From: Owenia fusiformis
Taxonomy: Eukaryota
Length of the DNA: 64,000 nucleotides
Assembly: GCA_903813345.2 (NCBI GenBank)
Contig: CAIIXF020000001.1
Location: 42,284,001-42,348,000 of the forward strand
Direction of reading: 5' to 3'
Shown: piece after piece, positions 25,877 to 38,709 of the stretch
Layout of the letters: each line of letters opens with the position of its first letter
Numbering within the stretch: the stretch's first letter is position 1
Program-made: the position numbers and the translations under genes
The notes under the pieces: model-generated
Seen by the model: the letters and a program-made list of their open reading frames with translations, nothing else
What the model was told of the DNA's origin: nothing
Databases searched by the model: none

Positions 25877-28846
25877 CTAAGAGCGCAAGCTCATGTTGAG
25901 TAAAGAAATTTTATCACGCTCAACATACTTTTTCATCATGTGTAGCTCTCTACACCTCACAGGGGTAGTTTTATCAATGCCAATGAAATCATTCAGCACT
26001 GAGTCAGATTGTAAGTCAGATATAAGCTCCTTTGGTAGCCCAACAAATGTGAAATTGTTGATTTGTGATTTTTCAATAATGTTTGCTTTGTTATTCACAA
26101 GCACAATGAGTGATTTTATTTCTGGAAACTGTGTGGCCATAGAGAGAATAGTGAGCAGATATTGATTATCAGATTTTGTTTTTGGTAATGGACCAACACA
26201 GTCAATAAGAACCTTACTGAATGGTTCATCAAATGCAGGTATAAGTTGTGAAGGAGCAATTGAGATTTTCTGGTTAGGTTTCCCTACCATTTGACATGTA
26301 TGACAAGACCTACAATACTCTTGGACATCTTGTTTTAATTTGGGCCAATAGAAATGGTTGAGTATTTTATGGTATGTTTTAGTTACTCCTAAATGACCTG
26401 CCATAGGCGAATCATGAGCTAGACTCAAGATTTCCTTATGATATGATTTTGGGACAATAATTTGATGCACAATTGCCCAATCGTCTTCAGGGGAAGCTTC
26501 AGGAGGTCTCCACTTTCGCATTAATATGCCATCCTTTTTGTAGAAACAAACAGGGACCTTGTCAGCTTCATCAATAGTAAGACATCTTTTATGAAGATCA
26601 ATGAGTGAGGGATCATGCTCTTGTTCATAAATTAACATGTGTTTAGAATGAGGATCATTTTTCAAAGAATCACTATCAGAAATAGAGGATGAAACCTCAG
26701 AACAAGGAGGAGATGAAACCTCATGAACACTAGCAGAAGAAGATGAAACTTCATCGGGACTAGCAAGAGCGGGCGAAACCGCATCAAAATAGTGATCCTG
26801 CTCAGAAGGTGAATCACCTCTGGCAATAGGCTTTTTCAATGAAGAATTTGCCTCAATAGATGACTGCTTGGCTCGAACAGAAGGCTGTTTCAATGAAGAA
26901 TTTGCCTTTAAAATAGGATAAGGATCATCTTTAACAAGTGGTGAGTGACATTCATCATCAAACAAGGAGCTTAAAAACCCACTATCAAAGTCATCTCCCA
27001 CAGACGAATCCCCGCTATTAGCTAACCTTTTAGCCATAGCCCTAGTAACAGCACAAGCAGGATATATATCAGAGTCCTTTTGGACAGAATCCTCAATAGA
27101 ACAAGGCTGATCAGAAACAATGGGGTCTAATGATACCTTACCCCCAGCTAAATCATTGCCTAAAAGCAATGCGACTCCTTCAACAGGAAGTTGTGGCCTA
27201 ACACCAACAATAACTGGCCCTTTGACTAACTCTGATGTGATATGAATATGATGGAGGGGAACTTTAGTAAAACCTAATTCAATGCCTTGCATCAAAATAT
27301 GGGTACCTGTGAATGACTCCTCAGATAAAGGAAGGACACCTTCTAACAACAAAGTCTGAGATGCACCCGTGTCTCTAAGAATCTTAACAGGCTTTGAATT
27401 GGTATCATCACTTGACAGTGACACAGATCCTTCCGACATGAAAGGCTTATAATCCTCCATAATATCACTATGAGTAGATTTCTCAGTATGAGTATATGAA
27501 TCCCAAACAATGGGCTTTCTTGAAATGGGAACTGTAGCACAACCATTTGAATGAGCAGAACCAGACATCTCTCTTCTATTCTTAATCCTATAGCATTCAG
27601 AAATAAGATGACCAGGCTTTTTACAATAATTACAGGTGACATTTGATTTTGGACCTGAAGAATTTGATTGATCTGATTTTGAGCTAGAACTCTGTGATGA
27701 ATTAGACTGGTCTTTTGCTTTGTTTGATGTATTTGATGATGAGGACTGATTTGATTTAGAGTCATATGAAGGTTTGTTACCCTGATAACCCCTATAGTTA
27801 GGATTGCCCTTGATAAAACTACCTTTATGAGTAAGAGCATAATCATCAGACAGGGTGGCAGCTTGACTCAAAGTTTCTACCTTGTGTTCATCTAAGTAAG
27901 TTCTAATGTGATACTGAACACAGTTTTTAAATTGTTCTATAAGCATTAGCTCTCTGAGCTTCTTAAACTCTTCAGATACATCTTTAGAGACAAGCCACCT
28001 GTCAAAAAGCTGCTCTTGCTCTCGAGCAAACTCAACATGGGTTTGGTCACTCTGTTTGTGGGCATTTCTAAATTTTTGTCTGTAAGCTTCTGGTACTAGT
28101 TCATAAGCTTTAAGAATTGCATTTTTAACTAGGTCATAATCAGAGCATACTTCTCCAGAGAGAGAGGCAAATATTTCACTTGCTTTACCAATAAATACAC
28201 TCTGGAGCATAACTGGCCATGCAGATTTAGGCCAATCGAGGCTTTGAGCGACTTTTTCAAAATGCGTAAAGTATTTATCAACATTTTTCTCCTGAAATTT
28301 AGGTACAAATTTGAGAAATTTTGAAGCGTCAAACCTATTTTCAAAATGTTGATGCATAGTAGCATGTTCATCAGTTTTTGATTGAGCTTCTATCTCAAGG
28401 CGTTTTAATTCAATTTCTCTTTGAATTTCTTGTTCTCTCATTTGTCTTTCATTTTCTCTTAATCTTATTTCTTTTTCACTTTCTCTTTTTTCTCTTTCAT
28501 TTTGAATTTCTAACTCTTTTTCTCTCAATTCTTTTTCATTTTGCAACTCTTTTTCTCTCAATTCCCTAATTTCTCTTTCTTTTTGAATTTCTAACTCTTT
28601 CTCTCTCAATTCAAGTTCTTTAAGCCTAATAGGATCAGTATGCTCGACATGCTGGGCTGGCTCCTCAGGCAGAAGTGATTCTGCGATCAAATATTGAAGT
28701 ACAAAGCTTTTGATTGTACCTTTATTGTATGAGCTTTTGACTGACAGGCCAACATGTTTTGCAATTGCCAGAAGTTCAGTTTTCTTTAAATCATCAAATT
28801 CCTCCAAAGAGGGCGCTTCTAAAAATGTCTCAACCTCAAAACTCAT
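25877..28846 (-). CDS. Gag (coiled coil, capsid/SCAN-like, CCHC knuckle) - aspartic protease - truncated integrase polyprotein, 989 aa
   Basis: CNYCKKPGHLISEC knuckle; LRDTGASQT and LLLGNDL protease motifs; integrase HHCC (AHDSPMAGHLG...CHTC) and FSKVLIDCVGP directly after the protease; core decays at LISDLQS with no catalytic Glu region; no YxDD. Confidence 0.93.
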   Translation of the reverse strand: MSFEVETFLEAPSLEEFDDLKKTELLAIAKHVGLSVKSSYNKGTIKSFVLQYLIAESLLPEEPAQHVEHTDPIRLKELELREKELEIQKEREIRELREKELQNEKELREKELEIQNEREKRESEKEIRLRENERQMREQEIQREIELKRLEIEAQSKTDEHATMHQHFENRFDASKFLKFVPKFQEKNVDKYFTHFEKVAQSLDWPKSAWPVMLQSVFIGKASEIFASLSGEVCSDYDLVKNAILKAYELVPEAYRQKFRNAHKQSDQTHVEFAREQEQLFDRWLVSKDVSEEFKKLRELMLIEQFKNCVQYHIRTYLDEHKVETLSQAATLSDDYALTHKGSFIKGNPNYRGYQGNKPSYDSKSNQSSSSNTSNKAKDQSNSSQSSSSKSDQSNSSGPKSNVTCNYCKKPGHLISECYRIKNRREMSGSAHSNGCATVPISRKPIVWDSYTHTEKSTHSDIMEDYKPFMSEGSVSLSSDDTNSKPVKILRDTGASQTLLLEGVLPLSEESFTGTHILMQGIELGFTKVPLHHIHITSELVKGPVIVGVRPQLPVEGVALLLGNDLAGGKVSLDPIVSDQPCSIEDSVQKDSDIYPACAVTRAMAKRLANSGDSSVGDDFDSGFLSSLFDDECHSPLVKDDPYPILKANSSLKQPSVRAKQSSIEANSSLKKPIARGDSPSEQDHYFDAVSPALASPDEVSSSSASVHEVSSPPCSEVSSSISDSDSLKNDPHSKHMLIYEQEHDPSLIDLHKRCLTIDEADKVPVCFYKKDGILMRKWRPPEASPEDDWAIVHQIIVPKSYHKEILSLAHDSPMAGHLGVTKTYHKILNHFYWPKLKQDVQEYCRSCHTCQMVGKPNQKISIAPSQLIPAFDEPFSKVLIDCVGPLPKTKSDNQYLLTILSMATQFPEIKSLIVLVNNKANIIEKSQINNFTFVGLPKELISDLQSDSVLNDFIGIDKTTPVRCRELHMMKKYVERDKISLLNMSLRS

Positions 28847-28935
28847 TTTCGATTAATTGCTGTCTTCACAATTTAAATATACAAGTTTTGGATTTTGAAT
28901 TTTAAAATATTTGTATTTTAGCTTGTTGTAGTTGG

Positions 28936-28953
28936 ATCCCGGACGAGCCCCCA
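28936..28953 (-). promoter_or_regulatory. Primer binding site, tRNA-Pro
   Basis: TGGGGGCTCGTCCGGGAT, 5 nt downstream of the 5' LTR; complementary to the 3' 18 nt of eukaryotic tRNA-Pro. Confidence 0.93.
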
Positions 28954-28958
28954 ATTTC

Positions 28959-29830
28959 TGTTACGTTCGAAAATAACAGAAAGTAAAAACAGCAATTAAA
29001 TTATGATAACAATATATTTATATTTTGAAAACTAAATAATATAACAATGATATAAAGGAGGTTTAATACTTAAGTGATGTCCAATCAATGGTACGGCTTA
29101 TTCTTGATGTCGATAAATATCCTTAACGATCCTTGAGAATGTTCCAGATCACGAAAGTTTCAATAATCGTTAATAGTTCTCCAATGTTTGTAATAATCCA
29201 ATAATGTTCGTCGTAATCCTATAATGTTCGTATCCAATAATGTTTAATGATAATCCACAAATGTTTGATGATAATCCACAAATGTTTATGATAATCCACG
29301 AATGTATATGATAATCCGTATATAGTGTGTGTTGTAATATATGTCCATATAAAGTCCTCAGGTTGTGTGTTTGTAGTGTTATAAATGTTCCCACAGTAGG
29401 TGTCTGTAATATTCCGCTAAGAAGATGTCCTTTGATCAACTTTGAAATTCTGCTTTATTTAGTTCCTTTGAGATGTCCAGTTATGATGATTTAATTATCT
29501 GCTAATGAGAGTCACTGTGCTGTTCTTTTTATAATGTGAAAGAATGATCCAGAAACGAATCTTCTGGAACTACATCTTGATTGGACATCTTTAGTGACAT
29601 GATTAAATTTTAATGAATGGTTATAATTTCTAGAACTATCTGGATGGTCAAGGGTTAATGAGTCATTCAGTTCAGTTTTGTTTTAAAGATACAGTGTATA
29701 ATGTCATTGTGACCTTGACCTAAGATCTCTAATGAAGAATAGCTCAACATATACAGCAAGCATACATTACAAATTAAACTATAGGTGAATATAGTAGAAT
29801 ATAATATACATGTAGCTCACTACTGTAACA
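28959..29830 (-). repeat. 5' LTR
   Basis: 872 bp; no mismatch to 24337-25208 spotted by eye. Confidence 0.97.
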
Positions 29831-31854
29831 AGTGTCAATTTTTGATGTATTTCTCTACTCTGAATGACCAAATTCGAGCTAATACTATCTCAAAAGTCCC
29901 AATTCTCTAGGCCAGAGTCAAATCTGATCAAATCTGTCATCATTTTTCAAATCAGGAGGTTGTTGAATGGAATACTATAGCAAAAAATGATAATTCTAGT
30001 AAAATTCCGCCTAAGTAGGCCAAATTTGCCCAATTTTCTGGTTCACGGTTCAGTGATTTTGGCTAAAAATTGCAATATGCAATAAAATACTCAATTTCTT
30101 AACACGACATTGTAAAATGTCACCATCAGGCAGTAGATTTCATGATGTAAATGAAAAACTGGTCAAAAAAGGAAAACCATTGGGTTCTTGGGAAAATGAC
30201 CCCAGGGGTAATGAAGTAGCCATATTTTTCATAATTACTGTCAGAATATTCTTAAACTGCACAAAACTACTTGAAAAACTCTAGTACATTGGAAAAACGC
30301 AATTTCAGGCCAGATATCATCCAACTATGTTACTATTTGGCCCAAATGACTTAATACGTCACTTCCGCTGAATAGAAAAAAGTAGTTTTCAAAAATGAAT
30401 GTAGTCCCAACACAATATTGATTATGACGAGTCAGTAAGCTAGTATGTAGGCACAATTGTCATCTTTTTGCAATGACAACATGCCATTTCTTCTGAAAAT
30501 GCGTTCACTTGGGTTATCTGGAGGAAAATTTCGAATCAAGTGGCGTATTAATTTTGCCTTCATTTTTGTGAATTTCAATTACTGTCAGCAGAGAGAGGGG
30601 GTTGTGTCACAATTGACCAATTATTTCAAAAAGTAGATGTTTGGCCCCTATTGAGTTTAGTGTCAAAATGTAGCTTAGACATAGGTTTAGAACCTCAGAT
30701 AGGCCAGTGAGACTACATAAATCCATAACTCGAGATAAAAAGTCAGGAGTTTGACCTTTTGCCCATTGACTAGTATGGTGACGTGAATTAGGGCAGTTTG
30801 GCCATTAGAGAGGACAAGATAGAAAACTAAGATGGGTTTGGAAAGTGGAGGAAAGTTTAAGATCTGTGGAAATGGAATTATGTAGAACTTTGTACGATTT
30901 GGAAACTAGAAAATAAAGTGAAGAAGAAAATCAAATAAAGTCTCGGCCTTAATGTTTAGGAACTTTAGATCCGTTTACCAATAAGGAACACCAATGACAT
31001 TCACTTGATTATAAAAGACTTTAAGTAATAACGAACATTGATGGTCAAGGTGGTCATTTTAAATTAACGGACAGTAGCAGATGCATGCATGTAATACAAT
31101 ATCTGGCTAAAGATAGTATTAAAAGTGAATACTAAATGTTAATGGGTATAAGTGAATAGTCAGATCAGGGCCTGCTTGTAAGCAGTTGCATATATGGGAC
31201 AATTTACGATCATTGATATTTTAAAAATCTGTTGTTGTACTAGAGACTGCGACATATATGTTGATTTCATGGACATGCAATATGTTATTTTTTGTTGACC
31301 AGACTTTAAGCAATCATTACTACAAGGTACCTGTTTGGAATATTGCGTGTCTTTTAAAAAATACCACTTTAATGACAAAATACCACTTTTAATTTTTCGG
31401 CAAATATAAACTCGGATTTCTTAACCTAAAATGTATCGATTGTGTTGATTTTTTGAGCATGTTAATAAAATGTACGTGCTACCAACTCTTAAAAGCGGGA
31501 TGTTTGATATGTCTTAGTCACATAATTAAGTATGCGATTTGTCAAATATTTGTATCCTCCAACACATTGGCCATATTAATATACACTATTGATTCTTTAT
31601 TTGGTGAAAGCTATGCCTGAAGGTGCATTTTGATAACATATCTTCGATTGCAGACAATGGAGATATATAATTGAGTGTAGGTTTTTCTGTCGTGAATTCA
31701 TGTTGTCTAGATTAGGTTGTCCAATATTTTGTATCCTCCAAACATTAAAATATCATTTTTAGATTATTATTTTGAGAAATGAAAGTACTTAATAAAAGTG
31801 TTTAGATCATCATTATTTAATTTTTGAATTATTTGAATTGTCTTTAATACAATA

Positions 31855-32092
31855 CAATACTCTTTCACTTGATCTCAAAAAGTCTAAACATATCAAATCA
31901 TTTGAACGAAAGTTAAAGTTTGATTTGCTAAGTCATTATTAGATCTTCTTTGAAAAATGCTTTCTTCTTATTACTTGTATTTTATTGTGATGCATGTTAT
32001 GCTTTGTCATTTTTTTTTGTTTCCATATAACCTGACTGTTAATTTAATTTAACTACATTTGAAATAAAGTGAATTGAATTGAATTGAATTGA
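31855..32092 (+). mobile_element. Extreme 3' end of a LINE
   Basis: DLKKSKHIKSFERKLKFDLLSHY-stop, T-rich UTR, AATAAA and (GAATT)n tail. Confidence 0.6.
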
Positions 32093-32507
32093 AAATTTTA
32101 TTAAGCCTGTATATATTTCGCACTTCTTTGCTTATCATTTGCCGGAACTGTTATAAGCATTTGGATATACATCAAAATACTTTCAATGGATGCAAACTAG
32201 ATTGTTCTAGCACTTTTTGTCGCTGAGATATTGTCAGTCTACTAACCTGTAGTCTACTGGGGGAGGGGGTCAAAAATAAAAATTGATTTCGGCCACTTTT
32301 ATTCTTAAAACATGTTTTATTAGATTTGCAAGGGGTTATTTTGTTATTTTATGATAAAAAACTTCTAAAATATTCAAATTGTTGACAGAAAAGAAAAACA
32401 TTCGTGAATTTAACTGCCCAATACATGCTTTATTTGTTTGACCCCTGGACCAGTAGATCTGCAATATCTTTGCGATAAAAGTGCTAGAACACTCCAATTT
32501 ACATCAA

Positions 32508-35367
32508 TTGTATTCTTGTATTGTATTGTATTGTATTGTACTGTATTGCAATTGTATCCTTTATTAACACATCATTTCTATGTGAGTACATTACAATTTT
32601 CAACATTTAAAAAAACATATTTACATCAACAGGTTGCGTTTTTATACATAAAATAAATTGCCTTGGCCTTTAAAATCATATTAAAATCATCATCCTCTTT
32701 AGAAATCTGGAGTACATTATCTTCTCTCATTTTAAAAAGGGCTAGTAGAGCTACCCTTTCAGCATCTAGAGAGCTACAAAATATAGTAAAATGTTCTAAT
32801 GTCTCAATCTCGCCGGAATTACATATAAGGCATTTTTATTGCCCCATTTATTGTTTCCATTCAATGTTTGGTGTGTTAATAGCTAAACCATAAGTTTAAA
32901 ATACATGTATTTATCAGGATATCTGTTGCACAGTACCCACCAGATTAGTGGTTTAAATGAACATCTTATTCGAATATACAAATGGGTAGAATATTTCAAA
33001 GTAGTTTATCATTAAGTTAAGTTTCCGAGTGCATCTTACCCATCCTACTACTAATTTGTGCCACTCTGATTTTAGAGGGATAAATACCAGTGTTTAACAT
33101 GTTTTTTGTCGTGTCCAATAAATTGAACCTTATCAGAGTATTCCAAATAGTATGAATAGGAGATACAACTCCGATGTTACCATTATGCTCTAATTCAGTG
33201 GCTCGAAATATGAGGATTTGTTTGTAAATATTTTTGATTGGCAATTTCATTAGCATTAAGAAAAACATCAGTTTATCTATTACAATTCTGAATTCTAAAT
33301 TCAGCCAACCCAGAGGCTCGGTGGCAAATATGTTGTCTGAGAATTTTGGTAGGCATTTAATACTCTTACCAATTGTTCTATGTCCTAATTCAGGTTTTTC
33401 TATGTCCCTGCCATAGTATGGTATTAACACCCCAGTCACATTTGTCGCACGGCGGCCGCAAGTCGACCGCAGAACAATTAAATCGGTGAATTTCTGCGGC
33501 GAGCGTAGAAAAACTACGGTCGCCTTGCGGCCTCCGTACGGCGTATGCAGAGTTATAATATTTGTTCATTTCTGGGGTCCCCGTAGAAATCAACTGGCTC
33601 AACAAGATTGAATCATTATTTGTCAATGTTTCACGATCACTTTTCATTTGATATTACATCCTAGCACTTTGAATAACATTTATAAATTGTCCCGATGTAA
33701 AAAACCTGAAAAAACTATTTATAATCAATAGAAATTTAAAATTCACCGTGCGGCTGCCGTGGGAAATGTGACTGCAAAAGTATGAGAGCGCAGAAATTCT
33801 GCGGCGAGCGTAGAAAAGCTACTGGCCGCAGAAATGATAGACCGCAAGGTCGCCGTAGGAAATGTGACTGGGGTGTTAAGGGCTTCCATAGAGCATTGTA
33901 GGAACAGATATTGCTCATGCAGTCGTGATGCTGTTAAAGGACAAAGTCCCCCACAGTTGCCATGCACCCAGCCCGAGGAGTGAATAGTATTTCCGTTTAC
34001 CTGAGCTTATAGCATTGTCAATAAAATCTGTAATGTCACCATTAACTGATAATGGTATACCTACATGTATTTGTTTCTGAACAACATTAACATTTCTATT
34101 ACCAATTTTAACACTGGTTCCACTGCATGATGTCTATCACCATAAATCATTATATTGCATTGGCCAGGATGAATCTCATATCTCCATTTCATACTGTGAA
34201 TTTATGCTAAATTAAGTAATGTATTCATAGATGTCGTACTAGTATTTAGAAAAGAGGTATCGTCGGCATATGCAGGACAGGTGACATCCATTTCCCCCAC
34301 CGATGCACCTATGCCCAGGGCTTGTTACTCAGTTAGTAAGTCAGCATTGAACAATTGGTACATCAGCATGGAATAGACCCCACCTTGATGGACCCCCTGG
34401 AGTATATCGAATGGATCAGACAGCATGTTACTTACTCGCACCATGCATTTGTAATTAGTGTAGGACTTGTGCAGTATTCTCCACAATTTTCCATTAATAC
34501 CTATGTTAAACAGTTTAAAAGTAGCCCATTCAAATACACAGTAGCATAGGCTTTACGAATATCAATTGTACAAACATAAACATTCTCTCCCTTATCGAGA
34601 TTATGAGCTATTGCTTCTTGCAAAATCAGAGAAGTGTGAACCGATGAGCAGCCATCTCGTGACGCTCCCTGCAGTTGGGGAATATGTTTTAGAATAGTGG
34701 GCTTACTTCTGGTTAGAACGATATTGTCAAAAGATCTTTCTTAAGACTGTCATGAGAGTTATTCCTCTAAAACTGTCCTGCTCTAATGGATCACGGTTAC
34801 CTGATTTTAAAAGTGGCAATAAAATACCCATTTGAAAATTTTGTGGAATAAATTCATTGCCAATTATATTTTGTATTAATATCCTAACTATGGAACAAAC
34901 ATATTTACCGCCATAACGGAGGTGTTCCGCTGAAACATTGTCAAAACCAGTTGCACGTTTCAAATTCAGGGAAAGAATAGCATTTAAGACCTCTTCATCA
35001 GTCAGAGGATCACATAACACGGTATCCTCATAATTGCTAGATTCAGTCAACATATGCTCTATGGCGTTGTTTACTACCAATTCGTGGTTGGGATCAAAGT
35101 TCTGATTATTACCCGGAGTGGCAAGGTTTTTAAAGTAATTTCGCCATTCTTCACAAATATCACTCGGGTTTGACAATTTTTCATTGGTATGTGTACGTCG
35201 GATTAAATTAGAGTTAACCTTACACCCACCTCGGCTTTTTTGCACCAAATGCCAATACATCCGGGGATTTATATCGTCCAATTCATACAATCTTTTCAAT
35301 TCATTCTGTTCATATTTATATTCTTCAGCTTTATAAGATTTTCTAAATAGTTTCTTAGCTTTAAGAT
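32508..35367 (-). mobile_element. Decayed LINE (RT-containing ORF2 pseudogene)
   Basis: ORF 34727-35377 (ATGFDNVSAEHLRYGG, DSFRGITLM); further frameshifted RT motifs GVHQGGVYS and PAYADDT (about 34257-34280); (CAATA)n tail at 32508-32550; 5' end cut by a CAC-ended element. Confidence 0.88.
33428..33875. mobile_element. MITE with TTAA target duplication inserted in the LINE
   Basis: TTAA|CACCCCAGTCACATTT ... AAATGTGACTGGGGTG|TTAA; relative at 5995-6557. Confidence 0.85.
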
Positions 35368-36780
35368 CACACCCCATTCTCTTATACGTCGTAACACCGG
35401 AAGTTTACGACGGTATACAAGTATTTTCGGCGGCAGATTTGTAAGTACTGATTTATGTCGACGTTTTGACAGAATATGGTTCTTTCCCTTTCGAAGAAAC
35501 ATTGACCATACCATATAGATATACCTCTTGTATCACTGCGTCTCAACATGTCGTCTGAACACGGTCTAGAACTTCTCAAATCTTGTAGAAAGCACCACAA
35601 ATTTTGGAAACAGATAATCATTTTTCACAAGAATGAGCATAGTTTCTATAATTCTAACCCTGACATCTTGAAATATTGATTAGATTAACAATGCATTTTT
35701 TATACGTCATCTAGATACCTCAGTTTCCAAAATCAATGAAAGAATTCCGACAAATTAATTTTTCTTTGAAGATATACGACGTTAAGGAGGTTTATGACGT
35801 TTGCCATGACATTGTTTCTTTATATTATCTTGATCTTTTACCTCACTAAACACGTATTAAATAATATTTACGTTGCTTTAACATTAAACGTATTTATGAG
35901 TTCATGGATTTATAAATTTATATTCTTTTAGTTGGGTCAGTATTAGAGTTGCAAGGCCATGGAGGCTAATATTGTCCCTCGGAGCAATAAGAAAAAAAGA
36001 ATAAAATTGAGAGGCTTTACTTCTCCCATAAGAGAATTTTTGTGAAAGCTCGGTGATACAATGCCCGTGATGCACTAAAATTCTGAACGCCAGAAAAAAC
36101 TTTTACTAAAAAATGTTCATGATTTTTTCATGCTGTAATTATGAGAACAAATAGCAAGTATAAAGATCACTCACAATAACAATATATTACTATAAACTGT
36201 GCATTGATTATGAAGAAGATGTTTCAACAATGGAACACAAATGGCTTCATTTTGGAAACACATTCAATCAAATCAAAATTTGAGCAGTGTTTGATTCAAG
36301 GAAACAAACATTATTATTTTCGGTCAGGACTCACTTCAGAAATTGTTTTCTCTCATCGCTACTCACATTCTTGCCAATATTTGCGCCCCATATATTTGAA
36401 GAGCACATTCTGCAAGTGATTGAAAATTCAAATAACTGTATAACATAACCTAGTCTTGAATTGAATTTGGACGGTTCTATATCTGATAATTTCTGTATTA
36501 AAGTATGTGCTCTGCCATGGTCTTGAGCTATTTATTTTGCTGAATTAATCATTCAGGGTGTTTGGAACGTAAAATTTATTTAGCGATTTACTCGTAAATG
36601 GAACTTTTAATAAATGGGCCAAATTAGAGAAATATAAATTTCTAGTATTCCCTTAAATGTTCCAAATGAGCAAAATTGGTCAACATTTGGGATATTTGAC
36701 CACATTCAAGCTTTGACCAGATTTAAGCAAATGACAACATTTAAGTAAATTTAGCAAATTTTAAGCAAAAGTAGGATATC
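35368..36780 (-). mobile_element. Partial copy of the CAC-ended (Transib-like) family, opposite orientation to 54077-55775
   Basis: Starts CACACCCCATTCTCTTATACGTCGTAACACCGGAAG; 35380-35600 is the reverse complement of 55575-55770 and 36300-36770 of 55040-55535; far end not found. Confidence 0.7.
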
Positions 36781-37534
36781 GATATGGAGAACTTAATTCA
36801 ATATTTTTTTCTCTGAAACCAGTTATCCAAAAATATGAAAAAATTAGACAGTAACAATGCAATATAATAGTCATCTTTCCAATTGTACCAATTTTATTTG
36901 ATAATAATTATAATTTACCTTTTTTTTATATATATTTCTTTTAGTAGACCCATCTAACACAGTATTTTCTTTTCGCTACCAATTCTTTGGGAATTTTTTA
37001 AACAATTTTCTGAAGCTGGTTCGAACAAACTAAGATACACATATGTTTTGTAATTATCTCAATATCCTCGTTAATTAAAAACAGTTAGGCTGAATTGAGA
37101 TAAGTATCGAAAAGAATGAAATGAACATAAAATACCCCCCAAAAACTGGAAATGCACCTTTTCCAGGGGTTTTCCATGAACAATTACTTTTGATCAACGT
37201 GTTGATAGATAGATGGAACTGGTGCTTTAGTTGATATGGGTGACATATGATTGAGACGCTAATGAATGTATGAGGATCAGCATTTTAGTGTGCGCCAAAA
37301 CTCCAGAAAATCCCATTAACTGATGTTGAGGTAGGTTACTATGATTTGACCCATAGTCAATATAGATTGGTTCATTGACTATTCATTTTTACTTGTCTGC
37401 ACTCAAAGAAGTGACACGAAAGGGCTAAACGGCTTGCCCCAAGGTGCAACCGTCAAAAAGATGAGTTTGACAAAAATCTTTTTTTCAAATAATAGCAGCG
37501 AGTATATGAAATAGGAGGCATTTGATATTGATAT

Positions 37535-38443
37535 GACGTGTCGCAAAAAGGTGGCGCATTTGTTTTTTAAGGTTATCGCGTGGATGTAACTTTGATTCCC
37601 CGGAATATAAGATAATATTCTAATTAAAGTTATATATCATTTTAAAGCTGTTTCGATGAAGATTTTAGATAAACTACACTCCGTTCACATTTTTGCGCGT
37701 TCGTTTTTAAAAAAGAGTTTTTTACCAAAACATCTGGCAAATATCCCATGTTGACACGTTACATTTTGATTTATTTTTCGTCTTTAAACGCTCATAACTC
37801 AAACAATATATGACTATTATACTTATTTTTCATCTTGATAAAGGTAGATGGAAGTTTTATTTCAAAGGATGAATTTTAGTAAGCGTCCCATATTGTGACG
37901 TCATAGAGTCTGAAAAATAGAATCTGTTGACAGCGACCTTTTTTGCTCATTTTTTGGTACCTTCAACTTTTCAGGTGTACATTAAACCAAAAATACGAGA
38001 TCAATTTTTAATAAATCATACATGATTATTTTGCTCCTAAACTCTAGTTTATTAATAAATAGTTGATTTTGTTCACAAAAGTATGTGTTTTCTGTTGTAT
38101 GTGGAAAAGTGGAGGACGAAAGGTTTTCGAAATTCATTAAAATAAGGCTAATTTACGCCATTCGCCTATTTTCAAGCACAGCAACACGTATATTTATTTC
38201 ACCTAAAGTATCAATTGATTCGTGTTTTATGATGCTCCTAGCCCATTAACAATATATATATGATATCAGAGTTATTCGTCTAAAATGTTTTGAGATATAG
38301 ATGTAAATGTGGAGGACGAAAGGATTTTCATGTGTGTACATTTTTCTCAAAAACGTCACATTCTATCATGTTAAAAGCGAGGATCCTCTGGATTACGCCA
38401 CAAAATGTGTAACAATGCGTGCGCGAGCTTTTTGCGACACGTC
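37535..38443 (+). mobile_element. ~900-bp MITE, family GACGTGTCGCAAAAA, copy 2, inserted in the Academ left TIR
   Basis: Same TIRs as 5036-5935; TSD TAT, confirmed by the uninterrupted opposite TIR arm (about 40875-40892). Confidence 0.92.
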
Positions 38444-38709
38444 TATGTATATAGTCCATTTGGGTGTGGTCATTTTTATTAAAAACAATAATATTGAAGA
38501 ATTATACATTTCTGACCTTAAAATGCCATTTTAATACAAAAGTCACGGTTGCTATTAATTATATTCCTATTTTACTCCTGTTTTCTATATATTACACTTA
38601 CCATTATATTCATTTTTGGCAAAGTAATTAATAATGAGGCTCACACAAGGATCCACTTTATTTACAACTTTTTCATATTTAGTGATGTTTTGAAAAATTA
38701 CTACGCAAT

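Larger units (their letters stand above)
24337..29830 (-). mobile_element. Ty3/gypsy LTR retrotransposon, Gmr1-like, non-autonomous (no RT/RNaseH)
   Basis: Two 872-bp LTRs (TGTTAC...GTAACA); 4-bp TSD AGTG (24333-24336, 29831-29834); PBS, PPT and Gag-PR-IN ORF on the minus strand. Confidence 0.96.

Noticed and set aside
27343..28569. Alternative-frame and antisense ORFs overlapping gag
   Set aside because: Shadows of the long ORF and its low-complexity E/K/R coiled coil.
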